64,000 bases of DNA from a virus. Location of the stretch: positions 8,517-72,516 of the IMG/VR virus record IMGVR_UViG_3300035698_010970, one strand, 5' to 3'. This document shows positions 36,057-45,674 of this stretch, one piece after another. The notes under the pieces are model-generated. The model made no database searches. It saw only the letters and a program-made list of their open reading frames with translations, and had not been told where the DNA came from. Made by a program: the position numbers and the translations under genes. The first letter of the stretch is position 1. Each line of letters opens with the position of its first letter.

Positions 36057-39000
36057 TTATGCCGTACCGGTGATTGCTACCACTAGACCATCACCTTGCG
36101 TGAGAATTGGGGCGCCGCCACCGTGGGTCATCCGAATGTTGAGAACCGAGTTGGTTGGGATAGGGGAGACTCCCCCATAGGTGACTGCGGGTGTCGCAAC
36201 AACTCCCGCAGATAGCGTGTCTGCAAAGAAAGGTGCAATCACTGCACCAAGCAGTGCTCCAGCAGGGCTGTAAGCTTCCACCTCTACAATAACGTTACCC
36301 GGCCCCAGAGGAAGAATGGCAAGGTTAACGTAGACCGCCACCTGCGTGATGGTAAACCCTGCGCTATATGCCAAGATGCTGTATTCGTCCACCACGTTTG
36401 GAGAAACAACTCCAACAGGCACTAACAGGTTCCGAGAGATGACCTTCTCAGCGGATCCTCCTACTCCGGTCGAGGCTGCCGTGACTCGGCCTTGGGCATC
36501 AACCGTGATGTTAGAGTTTGTGTATGAGCCAGCCGCAACGCCAGAGTTGGGGAGACCCAGTGTAACGTTGGAGTTCGCGCCACCATCAAGAAGCGTAAGG
36601 TGAGCGGGCGTGACCTGAAGGGCTCGCTCCGCCGTCAACACGCCCGAGTTGCCAATAGTGACGTACGGAGCACCTATTGGCGCCCCGCCGCCGCCAGCGG
36701 CAGTCAAGTCGTAAAGCGTTCCCGCAGTGTCCTTGTAGTAGGGGATGTCCGCACTAGCAGCACCACCGCTACCGTCGGAGACAAAGATGCCGTTTTGGCC
36801 GAGGGGAATCGAAGCCTCACCAATCTGCTCAAAGCCAAGCACAGAATCTAGGATGAGAATTTGGTTTAGTCCAGCATAGAGTCTAGCTTGGTCCGGGTAC
36901 GTACCTGGAGTAGTTAATGCTCCACCACCGATGGAGAAGTCGCCAAGAAAAGCATTGAGCGCCCCAGCCACCGTGTCTGCCACGAACGCCACATCAGCCA
37001 TGGGGCCAGATTCCGTGGTCGTAAGGGTGATGGGGTTGCCTGCACCTGGCCAGGTCGCGACCAGACCCGTGTTGTGCTGGAGCAGGTCCTGGATCCCTCC
37101 AACACCGGCAAACAGCTCACCGCCCGCAAACGTGACATCTACTCGACCATGACTCGTCGAGAAAGTGGCGACTCCTGCCAGGGCACCCGAGTCCACGAAG
37201 TTACCTGCGGCCGTAAGAGACGCCGGAGTTGCCGTTGTGGGGTTGGCCACTCGAATCGCACCAAAGGGCTCGACTGCGACAGGAGCACTTGTGAGTCCAG
37301 GAACAAGGTAAAGGTCTCCAGCAGTCGCCGCAAGGCCGACCGTTGACGCATCCACGTTTCCGCCGAGCACAAAGACCGAACCTCCCGCAGGACTGTTCGC
37401 GCCAGATATAGCATGAGAGTTACCCGCACCCACCACCACGTTGCCCATAGTGGCGGAGCCGCCAATCGCTGCGGAGTTGCCCTGGCCGCTTGCCGTCTGA
37501 AGGCGGAGGTTGTAATTGCGAAACAGGGGACCACCAGGGGCGTTCTGAGAAGCCTGAAGGATAACACTCGCCCCGGGAACGCTATCGTTCCAAAGCAAGT
37601 TGCCCATTTGAATCAGAGGTCCGCCAAAGGCGTTGGCCTGAATTCGGATCTCTTCTGCGTTGATCGCTCCAACGCCGATACCCTGAACAACTCGAAGGGT
37701 ACCGTCACCGCTTACGGGGTCTGCAAGCGGTGGCGGGTTCGAAGCCACCCCTGAACCGTGGATCTCAACAGCGTCGGCATCCGCAATGATAACACGGCCA
37801 GCGCCGACAAGACGAAGAGGTACCATGCCTGCGAAGGTGAAGCTATCGTAGGCATCGTCCAAGGTTGCGATTGCGGTGCCCGCAGCCGCCGAATAGGAGA
37901 TCGCGTCTTGAACGTTTTCTGCCGGGATGCCAGACAGCGCGTTGTTGTAAAACAACGACGTGGGTTGCGTGAGTGCAGATAGAACAACCGTAGGACCGTT
38001 GGTAATCGGTCCGTACTCTGAGGCCCCGAGACCAAGAGTAGCGCTGCCGACCACCGCCGTGTCGTCCATGTTGATACCGAGAAGGCTGGCGGGATCGTTC
38101 CCCGTACCAAGCAGGCTTTCTCGCAACATGACACGGAGATCGCCAGGAACACCAAGGGCTCCCGGGTTTCCTCGGATAGCATCGGAGATCGTGAGGTCTT
38201 CTTTGAGAAGCTGGCAGTCCTCGAACCGCACCATAGGTGCAAAGGTGTCGACGCAGAACCGAGTAGCTCCAACGCCGGTCTGCTCGAAAAGGCAGTTGCG
38301 GAAGTTGGCTTCAGTGCCCGCTCCGCCAACTCGCTGAGCGTCCATGATGGCAGCAGAGTTACCGCTAAACCGACACTCGATCGCAGAGATGAATCCCGTG
38401 TTTCCCGGAGCCGCGTCTAAAGCTAGAGCAACAGCCGTGTCTTGCGTTGCAGCATTTTGCAGAGCCGAGGTCTCATACATGACCATGGAACCCTGCTCGA
38501 CACCAATAGCTGCGCCTTGACCTGCTCCGTCACCTGTGTTGATGACCTTGCAGTTGGTCATGTAGACCGTGCCAAGACCAACCTTGCGGAAAGTAGGGTT
38601 GGTTGTCGAACCACCGTTCTCAAACACAAGACCATGCAAATGTACGTTGTCCGCGAGGTCAGTCATAACTGCCGAGAACGTTGCAGCAGGAGCGCCGAGG
38701 TTCAAGGCTCGCACACGTACCGAGTAATCCGTGGAGCCTTGGAACCCGCCCGTCGATGGCCATGCCATGACGTGAACGAAGGGAGCAAAGAGGATGTCCT
38801 CAACGTACAACCCAGGTCGTACGGCGACGATGACTGGGTTGTCTTCGCTGGGGACTACCCCGCCGTTGAAGGTAGGATCGAGCTGCGCAGCTTGAATAGC
38901 ATCGGAGATGGTCGAGAAGTTCGCATACCCCTCAGCTACCGCTGGATCGTTTGGAGCGTTGGAGTAGTCACGTCCTCGGTTCGCGTCAACGTAGATGATG

Positions 39001-39464
39001 CGACCACTAGCCGCTACAGGTTGTACCAACCCTAGAAGAGCTTGAAGGTTCTTGTTCTGGTCGTCAGCCCATCCCGTGGCGTCGGCATCGATCGGAATGA
39101 TCGCTGTCTCGTCTCGTCGCTCCCCTGCGGATACGAGACAAAGGTTTCCTAAGATAGTTTGGAAGCGTACTCGAATGTACTCTTCGGTAACTGTGGCACC
39201 ATCGTCGACAACTTGACGAACCTGGTAAGCACCTTCGTTATCCACCGTGAAGGTGATAGGTCCTGGTCCCGTTGCGGAAGACAGCACCGCAGCTGACGGA
39301 GTCCGCGCGGGAGGCGGGCCATCTGGCGTGAAGGTGAGCGCCCAGCTGACCGTAACAAACGGTCCACCGACGTAGCTGAGGGTAATTACATCCCCAGCCC
39401 GTGCATCTTCACGGCTCTGGGAGACTAGGGGTACAAGTCCGTTTACGAGGCTCTGAATCGCCAT
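36057..39464 (-). CDS. Tail fibre/spike with beta-helix domain
   Basis: 1135 aa; FSTISDAI..A, VRPGLYVE (pectin-lyase-like entry motifs), NVQDAI, and GVAAGSYTNSNITVDAQGRVTAASTG fibre repeat. Confidence 0.75.
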   Translation of the reverse strand: MAIQSLVNGLVPLVSQSREDARAGDVITLSYVGGPFVTVSWALTFTPDGPPPARTPSAAVLSSATGPGPITFTVDNEGAYQVRQVVDDGATVTEEYIRVRFQTILGNLCLVSAGERRDETAIIPIDADATGWADDQNKNLQALLGLVQPVAASGRIIYVDANRGRDYSNAPNDPAVAEGYANFSTISDAIQAAQLDPTFNGGVVPSEDNPVIVAVRPGLYVEDILFAPFVHVMAWPSTGGFQGSTDYSVRVRALNLGAPAATFSAVMTDLADNVHLHGLVFENGGSTTNPTFRKVGLGTVYMTNCKVINTGDGAGQGAAIGVEQGSMVMYETSALQNAATQDTAVALALDAAPGNTGFISAIECRFSGNSAAIMDAQRVGGAGTEANFRNCLFEQTGVGATRFCVDTFAPMVRFEDCQLLKEDLTISDAIRGNPGALGVPGDLRVMLRESLLGTGNDPASLLGINMDDTAVVGSATLGLGASEYGPITNGPTVVLSALTQPTSLFYNNALSGIPAENVQDAISYSAAAGTAIATLDDAYDSFTFAGMVPLRLVGAGRVIIADADAVEIHGSGVASNPPPLADPVSGDGTLRVVQGIGVGAINAEEIRIQANAFGGPLIQMGNLLWNDSVPGASVILQASQNAPGGPLFRNYNLRLQTASGQGNSAAIGGSATMGNVVVGAGNSHAISGANSPAGGSVFVLGGNVDASTVGLAATAGDLYLVPGLTSAPVAVEPFGAIRVANPTTATPASLTAAGNFVDSGALAGVATFSTSHGRVDVTFAGGELFAGVGGIQDLLQHNTGLVATWPGAGNPITLTTTESGPMADVAFVADTVAGALNAFLGDFSIGGGALTTPGTYPDQARLYAGLNQILILDSVLGFEQIGEASIPLGQNGIFVSDGSGGAASADIPYYKDTAGTLYDLTAAGGGGAPIGAPYVTIGNSGVLTAERALQVTPAHLTLLDGGANSNVTLGLPNSGVAAGSYTNSNITVDAQGRVTAASTGVGGSAEKVISRNLLVPVGVVSPNVVDEYSILAYSAGFTITQVAVYVNLAILPLGPGNVIVEVEAYSPAGALLGAVIAPFFADTLSAGVVATPAVTYGGVSPIPTNSVLNIRMTHGGGAPILTQGDGLVVAITGTA

Positions 39465-39497
39465 GTGACGCTCTCCAAGGGGTTCACTGGGGCGCAG

Positions 39498-39507
39498 CTA
39501 TAGGCCG
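39498..39507 (-). promoter_or_regulatory. CTATAG core of class B motif
   Basis: Minus strand GGCCTATAG in the gap upstream of 39464; similar GGCCTATGG at 30602-30610. Confidence 0.4.
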
Positions 39508-39520
39508 AGCACCGAAAAAA

Positions 39521-40927
39521 CTACAAGACAAATTGGGCTGAAACGTCCTCTCCCGTAACGGCCTGAGGAACACGGACCCCAAGACGATCTACCGCAACTC
39601 GGTAAGTCTGACCTACGGCAACGACTGGAGGGCGCGAATCGAGTCGCAACAGACTATGAGCAACACGAACATTGGTGATGTTTGACCCGCCCGCAATAGC
39701 ACCCACAGGCCCTCCCGTGGGGCCTAGTAGAGCCTCAAGACGGTAGCTCCCAGCGTTCGGACCTGCTGCAAAAGTGACTATCTCACCCTCTTGAGCATTG
39801 GACCAGTCTTGGGACAGGTCTTGAATCTCTCCTCCCTCTAGAATGTGGGCATCCCCTGAAAGGTTTGATGGGGATGTGGTGTATGCGCGAGGGGAGCTAT
39901 CCGCTCCAAATACCATGCGCAGAACTTCCACGACACGATGTTGCCCGAGGGTGAAGACATCGGATCCTCCGTTCGTCCCTGAAGCATTCTCGCCACTTAG
40001 GATCTCAAGGATAGCTCCGGGGCAAATGTTGCGGAAGTCGCGCATAGGATCGGAGAACAAAGTCCGGTCCGTAAGCGTGATCCCTCCCGTTCCCGTGACT
40101 GACTTAGCCCCTGTACAGAACTTTCGGAAGTCTTCGTAGTAGTAGGAGTTTAGCTCCCAAGAGACCGTGTCCTCGAATTGGTCCCCGAAAAACTCCCGAA
40201 ACAAATGCAGGTAATCGTACAGGGTGTGTGCAGGCTTGAGTGCTCGAAGCACCATTTCAGCGTTTTTCTGCGTACGGAAGGGGTCTTCGGGGAAACCCGT
40301 TCCGAGGGAACCCTGAATGGTGTTTCCAGTGTTGGGGTCGGTCCAAACAGAGCAATCGCTAAGAGTAACTTCGAACTCGAACTGCTCCGGGAAACCCCAC
40401 GCAGAGTTGGGATCTCGCTGAAAGGAGGCTTTCTCCAATACTTCGACTGTCGCTTGGGTAATCAGATCAACGCCGCTCTTCTGTACGTCTAGCTTTGCGC
40501 CTTCCAGGAGGAGGCCAATCATCCGCTCAAGGAAAGTTCGATAGCTGACGTCTCCAGGGATATCGGGAACCCCAACCTTGGGGTCTATCTCAGGGAAGAT
40601 CAACGTTCCGACGGTCTGCCACAAGAACTCCGGACGCGTGAAGTTGATGCTCCCATCGAGGTGGGCCATCTCGGCCGTGATTTGGATTTGAGCAAGCGTC
40701 TCGGCAATAGCTTGAAACTGCAGGGAATAGTAAGGACCTGTGATCTGCGAGACGTAGTTCGACGGCAACACCTGGTAGAAGGTGTTCATGATCTGGTCTG
40801 TCAGATCCTGAAGGTTGTTGGTAGCGTTCTGGCCTTGCAGGAGGGCGGGAGCAGGGTTCTGATTAAGAACAAAGGGAATCAGACTGGTCGCGCGGTTGGG
40901 ATCAGGCTTGCCCTCTACGCTCGACAT
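39521..40927 (-). CDS. Baseplate wedge protein, P2 gpI / T4 gp7-like
   Basis: 468 aa; LPSNY, D.SYRTFL, LRALKPAHT motifs; follows the J-like gene. Confidence 0.7.
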   Translation of the reverse strand: MSSVEGKPDPNRATSLIPFVLNQNPAPALLQGQNATNNLQDLTDQIMNTFYQVLPSNYVSQITGPYYSLQFQAIAETLAQIQITAEMAHLDGSINFTRPEFLWQTVGTLIFPEIDPKVGVPDIPGDVSYRTFLERMIGLLLEGAKLDVQKSGVDLITQATVEVLEKASFQRDPNSAWGFPEQFEFEVTLSDCSVWTDPNTGNTIQGSLGTGFPEDPFRTQKNAEMVLRALKPAHTLYDYLHLFREFFGDQFEDTVSWELNSYYYEDFRKFCTGAKSVTGTGGITLTDRTLFSDPMRDFRNICPGAILEILSGENASGTNGGSDVFTLGQHRVVEVLRMVFGADSSPRAYTTSPSNLSGDAHILEGGEIQDLSQDWSNAQEGEIVTFAAGPNAGSYRLEALLGPTGGPVGAIAGGSNITNVRVAHSLLRLDSRPPVVAVGQTYRVAVDRLGVRVPQAVTGEDVSAQFVL

Positions 40928-43900
40928 TAGGAGATCTCCGTATAGGTGAAGTTAAAGTTGCCCGTCTCGAAGAACTCAATGTCGAATGCATTGAGGTTTT
41001 TCGCTCCCGCATTAGTCGGCCCTACAACATAGGTAACTCGGTAGACATAATTCGTCGGACTATCGCCAACAGGTAGAGAGATTAGAACCCGGTTAGAGGT
41101 TCTCCGCAACCTCTCCTCTTCGATCTCAAGGTTGCCTGCTGTGGGAAAGGCAAGCGTTAGGGTAGCGTCGTCAGAGAATCCGGGGATGCTCAAGCCTTCA
41201 GCTCCAATGATGAACGCTTTGCCTGGTTGTGTTCCCAAGGATAGCGGGTCTACAATTTGTAGTTCCAGCGGTGTGTCACCTTGGAACACGCCTCGAAACT
41301 CTGTCTCCGGCCCCCCACCTGTTGTGGTTGCTGAGTTCAGCTCCTCATCGAGAAGCCACACCAGCACTGTTTCCGTGCTGATAGGCGCAAAGTCCGAGCC
41401 TCTAATGAAAGTAGAGTCTCCAGACTGGCTAGACGCCAACAACTCGCGGACCACACAAGCATCCACACTACGAGCGAGCTTCACCACGGGGACTTCTACG
41501 AAGTCAACACCTTCGGTGTTCTTTAGGAGACTAACCACGTCAGATTGACGAATCGACGAGCCAAGAGGAGAGTTGGAGAAGAACTGTGCAAGGTTCGAGC
41601 GAACTCTGCGATCAACAATCGATGTCGGAACTCCCGCCCTCTTGACGATGGTGGCTGTGATGTCCACCGGAACAGCAACCGTCTCTTTGACCAGAACATC
41701 TGCCGTGATGTGTTTGCTGTTGCTAACATCCTCTTGCGCAGCGATTACCGCCAAGTTGACGACGTACGAAACCGTGAAGTTTTCGTCGTGGAAGTAGTCG
41801 ATGCTCAGACGTTGGCCCGAAGAAATGCCTCTCCCCAGTACGCGCTTGATGGACACCGCAGTCGTCTCGTTACCAGGAAGAATTGTGTAGTCACTCACTC
41901 CCGAGGGATCAAACGGACCCCGATACTCCACCGTGCGGTCAAGGTTAAAGACTCTAATCGTAAAGGAGTCTGCGCCCAGGTTGTTGAGAAACTCCGGGAA
42001 CTCCCCAATGATCACATGCTCCTCGTTGAGAACTCCGATTTTCTCTCCCGTGGGTGCTCCGTTGACTTGGAAGATCTCGATGGCGCTCTGAGCCTCGACA
42101 GACTTTCCGTCCTTGAGAGGGTCGTCAAGGCGGAAAAGGCCGTAGGCGTCCTCTTCGAGAGACCCGGTCACAACACCTGTAACGGACTGAATCTCTCGCA
42201 CAGGCTGACGTGGCAAAACGAACCGGCGGCTCGCCACAAGGCGGTAGTCGCCCAGTACGATATCTCCGAACGTGACCGTTGGCTGCGGTTGTGTTGTATC
42301 AAGTTTGATGGTCTTGAAGTTTTCGACTACAGCGTTTGAAAGGTTGAACTCCACGCCTGTAGACGCATTCCGCAAGCCAAGGCTTGCATTGGGGAAGTTC
42401 AACATCTCCGCAAGGGGGTTGTCTGCGGACAGATCTGAGTCGATAGCTTGGAAACGAAGATCGAGGATGTTGCCAACAGGCACGAACTGCACGTTGAACT
42501 TCCGCTCGAAGCGGAAAGCAAACGTGTCGGAAACCGTTGCAAGGCTCTCACCTCGAATGTATGCGTCTACCTTGCCCCCAGCATGCTTGAGATAATCGGG
42601 ATCGAAGTCTCGCTGCATCAAGTCGTTGCCTGGTGTAACGATGAAGCTCTCTAGAACTCCGGGAAGGTTTGCCAAGGTTTGGCGATATCCCGCTTCCGTG
42701 CCCGAATCCACGGAGGCCAGAGCGTTCTTGCTACGCTCCGCCAGTTGAACGTTGGTTTCGACTTCCCGGCCCCCAAACGTTCGTCCTGGGTTCGTAACTG
42801 CGAGACTTCCCGTCGTGTTGGTTATGACAGTGTTGATTTGGCCAGCTGCCAAGTTCCCAGAGCTACCAGGGTTCTCGGCTCGAATAGGTACATCGACGGA
42901 GAACAAGCCTGTTGAGGGGTTGAAAAAACTGGCAGCGTTCTCGACGGGAATCGATGCCTCCTCGGTGGAGACAAAGAAAACTCCTCCGGAAGAGATCCTT
43001 GTACCGAGAGGAATCGGGATGGTTGCTGAGGGTCGTCGGCTCGTGAAGAAGGTGCCCAGACCACGAGCCCGGATACCAGGTTTACGCGTAACCCCCACAT
43101 TGGAAGCCAGCTGCTCGAAAGAGTGGTCGATAAGCGCTTGAGTCTGGTTGCTCGTGATGCCGAATGCCTTCTTGAGCGCTAGCTTGTATGCCGAACTATC
43201 GACCGGAGTAGGGTTGCCGGAGGCTCCTACACCATCCACTCGTACGAGAGTGTCGAAACTCTGCGAACGGTGAAGGAAATCCACTACGAAACGAACCTTC
43301 TCACTCTCCGCAGCAACAGGGTCGATCACGGTATCTCGAATAACCGCACCCGGCTGTAGGGCTAGCTGGGGGTTCGTTCGAAGTACCGAGGAAATGAGAC
43401 GGTTCGTGATATCCGAACGCGTAACGGTTGGGAAAGCTCCCAAGTTGAGGCTAATCGTCACCGGGTTGCCAAACACCTCGATTGAAAAGGGGCTTTCCAA
43501 TTCGGTGTTTGTGGTCGCGTCGAACGTGATGGCCGTAACTACGTAGTAAAGAGGCTCGGAGATGGGTGTTGCTGCAAAGGCGCCAATAGGAACCGTAGGC
43601 GGCAAGCTTGAAGGGCCATTGTTTCGATTGTGTTTGAACCGAATGTACTCCACCTGTCGAACACTCTCCACCGTCACTGATGTTCGAATTCTGGCGGTAG
43701 TCTCTGGGACCTCGGACACGCTCGTGAAGTCCGACTGCAGAAGATTGGCTTGCTCGTCGTAGGTGATAGCTTCGGCAAGCTCGTCAGTCAGGGAGACGTC
43801 CTCAAGCTTCTCGATGACATCCCCCCCTCGGGTCTGCGTTTGCTTGATCTGCAAGAACAGCGGGTCGGCTGCGGGCTGTCCCGCCAAGGTGGTCGCGATG

Positions 43901-44463
43901 TTGGCGTCCGAGTCCACTTGCCGCAAGACAGTCACCTCTTCCTGAATGAAAGAGTCGATCACGGGGCTGAGGTTAACACGAGTGTAGCCTGTTGCTCCTC
44001 CGCCAGAGAACTGGGAAGCATAGAAGTTGAACCCGATAATGTTGTCGTTGTCGGGCTTCTCAACAGTGATCTCCACTTCCGCGTTGAAGCGCTCCACCTT
44101 GATGTTGGAGGGAGGGTCTACCGCAAGGACAACATCGGATTCTTGAACGAGGTTTGCTTGAACTACTGCCGAGTTGGAAACCGCTCCCGAGAAGGACACT
44201 GCGCGAAGCAGGATGTCGTTGCTGCCAGCCTGCAAATCTAGCCCGTCAGGAAAGACCGCAGGGTTAGGGACGGTGAACGACGTCCCTTCAAACACCACCA
44301 AATCAGGGTTGGAGGTGAATGGGCCTCCTCGCACGCTGATCTGCATATCCACGGTCGTCTCATCAACGGTCCCCGTGAAGATCCGTTCGGGGATAGTCGT
44401 CGTAAAGACAAACGTTTCTCTCCAAACCCCATCAGGGCCAAGAATTTGTGGGGTAAGGGTCAT
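40927..44463 (-). CDS. Baseplate J-like wedge protein (P2 gpJ / T4 gp6 class)
   Basis: 1178 aa; GAVIRD, LASNVGVTRKPG, IPLGTRIS, AENPGSSGN, VTN..TFGGREVETN..LAER, GKVDAYI. Confidence 0.9.
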   Translation of the reverse strand: MTLTPQILGPDGVWRETFVFTTTIPERIFTGTVDETTVDMQISVRGGPFTSNPDLVVFEGTSFTVPNPAVFPDGLDLQAGSNDILLRAVSFSGAVSNSAVVQANLVQESDVVLAVDPPSNIKVERFNAEVEITVEKPDNDNIIGFNFYASQFSGGGATGYTRVNLSPVIDSFIQEEVTVLRQVDSDANIATTLAGQPAADPLFLQIKQTQTRGGDVIEKLEDVSLTDELAEAITYDEQANLLQSDFTSVSEVPETTARIRTSVTVESVRQVEYIRFKHNRNNGPSSLPPTVPIGAFAATPISEPLYYVVTAITFDATTNTELESPFSIEVFGNPVTISLNLGAFPTVTRSDITNRLISSVLRTNPQLALQPGAVIRDTVIDPVAAESEKVRFVVDFLHRSQSFDTLVRVDGVGASGNPTPVDSSAYKLALKKAFGITSNQTQALIDHSFEQLASNVGVTRKPGIRARGLGTFFTSRRPSATIPIPLGTRISSGGVFFVSTEEASIPVENAASFFNPSTGLFSVDVPIRAENPGSSGNLAAGQINTVITNTTGSLAVTNPGRTFGGREVETNVQLAERSKNALASVDSGTEAGYRQTLANLPGVLESFIVTPGNDLMQRDFDPDYLKHAGGKVDAYIRGESLATVSDTFAFRFERKFNVQFVPVGNILDLRFQAIDSDLSADNPLAEMLNFPNASLGLRNASTGVEFNLSNAVVENFKTIKLDTTQPQPTVTFGDIVLGDYRLVASRRFVLPRQPVREIQSVTGVVTGSLEEDAYGLFRLDDPLKDGKSVEAQSAIEIFQVNGAPTGEKIGVLNEEHVIIGEFPEFLNNLGADSFTIRVFNLDRTVEYRGPFDPSGVSDYTILPGNETTAVSIKRVLGRGISSGQRLSIDYFHDENFTVSYVVNLAVIAAQEDVSNSKHITADVLVKETVAVPVDITATIVKRAGVPTSIVDRRVRSNLAQFFSNSPLGSSIRQSDVVSLLKNTEGVDFVEVPVVKLARSVDACVVRELLASSQSGDSTFIRGSDFAPISTETVLVWLLDEELNSATTTGGGPETEFRGVFQGDTPLELQIVDPLSLGTQPGKAFIIGAEGLSIPGFSDDATLTLAFPTAGNLEIEEERLRRTSNRVLISLPVGDSPTNYVYRVTYVVGPTNAGAKNLNAFDIEFFETGNFNFTYTEIS

Positions 44464-45635
44464 CGTCCAAACACATCCTCTCTGCGGGTGTTAGGATTGA
44501 CTCCGAAGCCTTCAAGGCCCAGAGACAACCCACTGCTTCCGACGAGTGCAGCCGTTCCCGGAGCTGCAAACACGGTGTTGACGTTGACAGGTTGCCCCGA
44601 TGCATTCGTGCCGACGATCTCGACTTGAACGACCGTTGGGTCCCTAGGTGCTGGGGTTACTGTCAGCGACAAAACAGAGAAGAGGCGCTCCCGAGCTGTT
44701 AGCTCCTGGAAGCGACCTTGGATAGCCTGAAGCTTCTTGAAGGTGTCGACTGCAAACAGCACGTCTTCGTTAATCGATGTTACCGCCGCGGTAGAGTTTT
44801 TGGACCCAATACGGTCAAGCAACGTTGTGCCGTAAAACTCGTGGAAAGGGTTGGAACCTTTTCGGGTCGTCAAGATCTTGAGCAAAGCTTGGTTGAGCAA
44901 GTTCTCATTTCCGATGAGCAAGGCCTCTCCAGTGCCGTCGAAGCGATAGTCGTTCTCGATACCGAACGAGCGACATCGACGACACCTTTGCTGTAGGGTC
45001 GCATACGTCACCTTGAAGACCGGGTTCGAACGCACCGGTTGGTTGAAGCGAATGTATCGAGTCGCAACTTGAACAAACTGGTTGATGTTGACCGTGTTGA
45101 AGACGTCATTCCTCTCCGCAAAATCCCACCCAGGGAACAGTTCCTTACCCTTCGCCCCCGTGTTCAAGAGGAAGTTCAAGGATGCCGTTGCGTCGCCTGC
45201 GATTCGGATACGAGATTCTGGACCGTTGCGAGAGATGTCGGACAACGTCAGGTGGCCGTTGTTGTTGACCGCGATGACCCCCGCCCCCTCCGTGAGGAAA
45301 GCCCTTTGCAACACTTTGACCACCTGATCTGTGGTCACCCGAGTCCCTAGGGGGAGAGGCACGGTAACGGAGTCCGAGGAGTTCGAAACCGTTATGCGAT
45401 TCTGATTCCGGCAGAGGGTGAAGGGGCCAGCCTTGCTTGAGATAATCCGAGCCTGGGAGAGCAAACCTTCAGAAGGGATAGACAAATCGAGATCGCTGTT
45501 GGCGAGAACCTGAATGAAGTCACCAGAGTTGATGGGCTGGCGCACTTCAAGAGACCGTCGATCAGAGCCCAAGGTTACCCGCTCCTCCACCGTCAGGTGG
45601 GGGCAAGGGAACGCCAGCTGGAAATCAACAGTCAT
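44460..45635 (-). CDS. gp25/gpW-like baseplate wedge protein with N-terminal extension
   Basis: C-terminal LLNQALLKILTTRKGSNPFHEFYGTTL..RIG; directly upstream of the J-like gene. Confidence 0.8.
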   Translation of the reverse strand: MTVDFQLAFPCPHLTVEERVTLGSDRRSLEVRQPINSGDFIQVLANSDLDLSIPSEGLLSQARIISSKAGPFTLCRNQNRITVSNSSDSVTVPLPLGTRVTTDQVVKVLQRAFLTEGAGVIAVNNNGHLTLSDISRNGPESRIRIAGDATASLNFLLNTGAKGKELFPGWDFAERNDVFNTVNINQFVQVATRYIRFNQPVRSNPVFKVTYATLQQRCRRCRSFGIENDYRFDGTGEALLIGNENLLNQALLKILTTRKGSNPFHEFYGTTLLDRIGSKNSTAAVTSINEDVLFAVDTFKKLQAIQGRFQELTARERLFSVLSLTVTPAPRDPTVVQVEIVGTNASGQPVNVNTVFAAPGTAALVGSSGLSLGLEGFGVNPNTRREDVFGR

Positions 45636-45639
45636 CGGG

Positions 45640-45659
45640 CTACCAACGCGAATCTATAG
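45640..45659 (-). promoter_or_regulatory. Repeated intergenic motif, class B
   Basis: Minus strand CTATAGATTCGCGTTGGTAG, 4 nt before the ATG at 45635. Confidence 0.6.
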
Positions 45660-45674
45660 GAGAATTAGAGGGAA

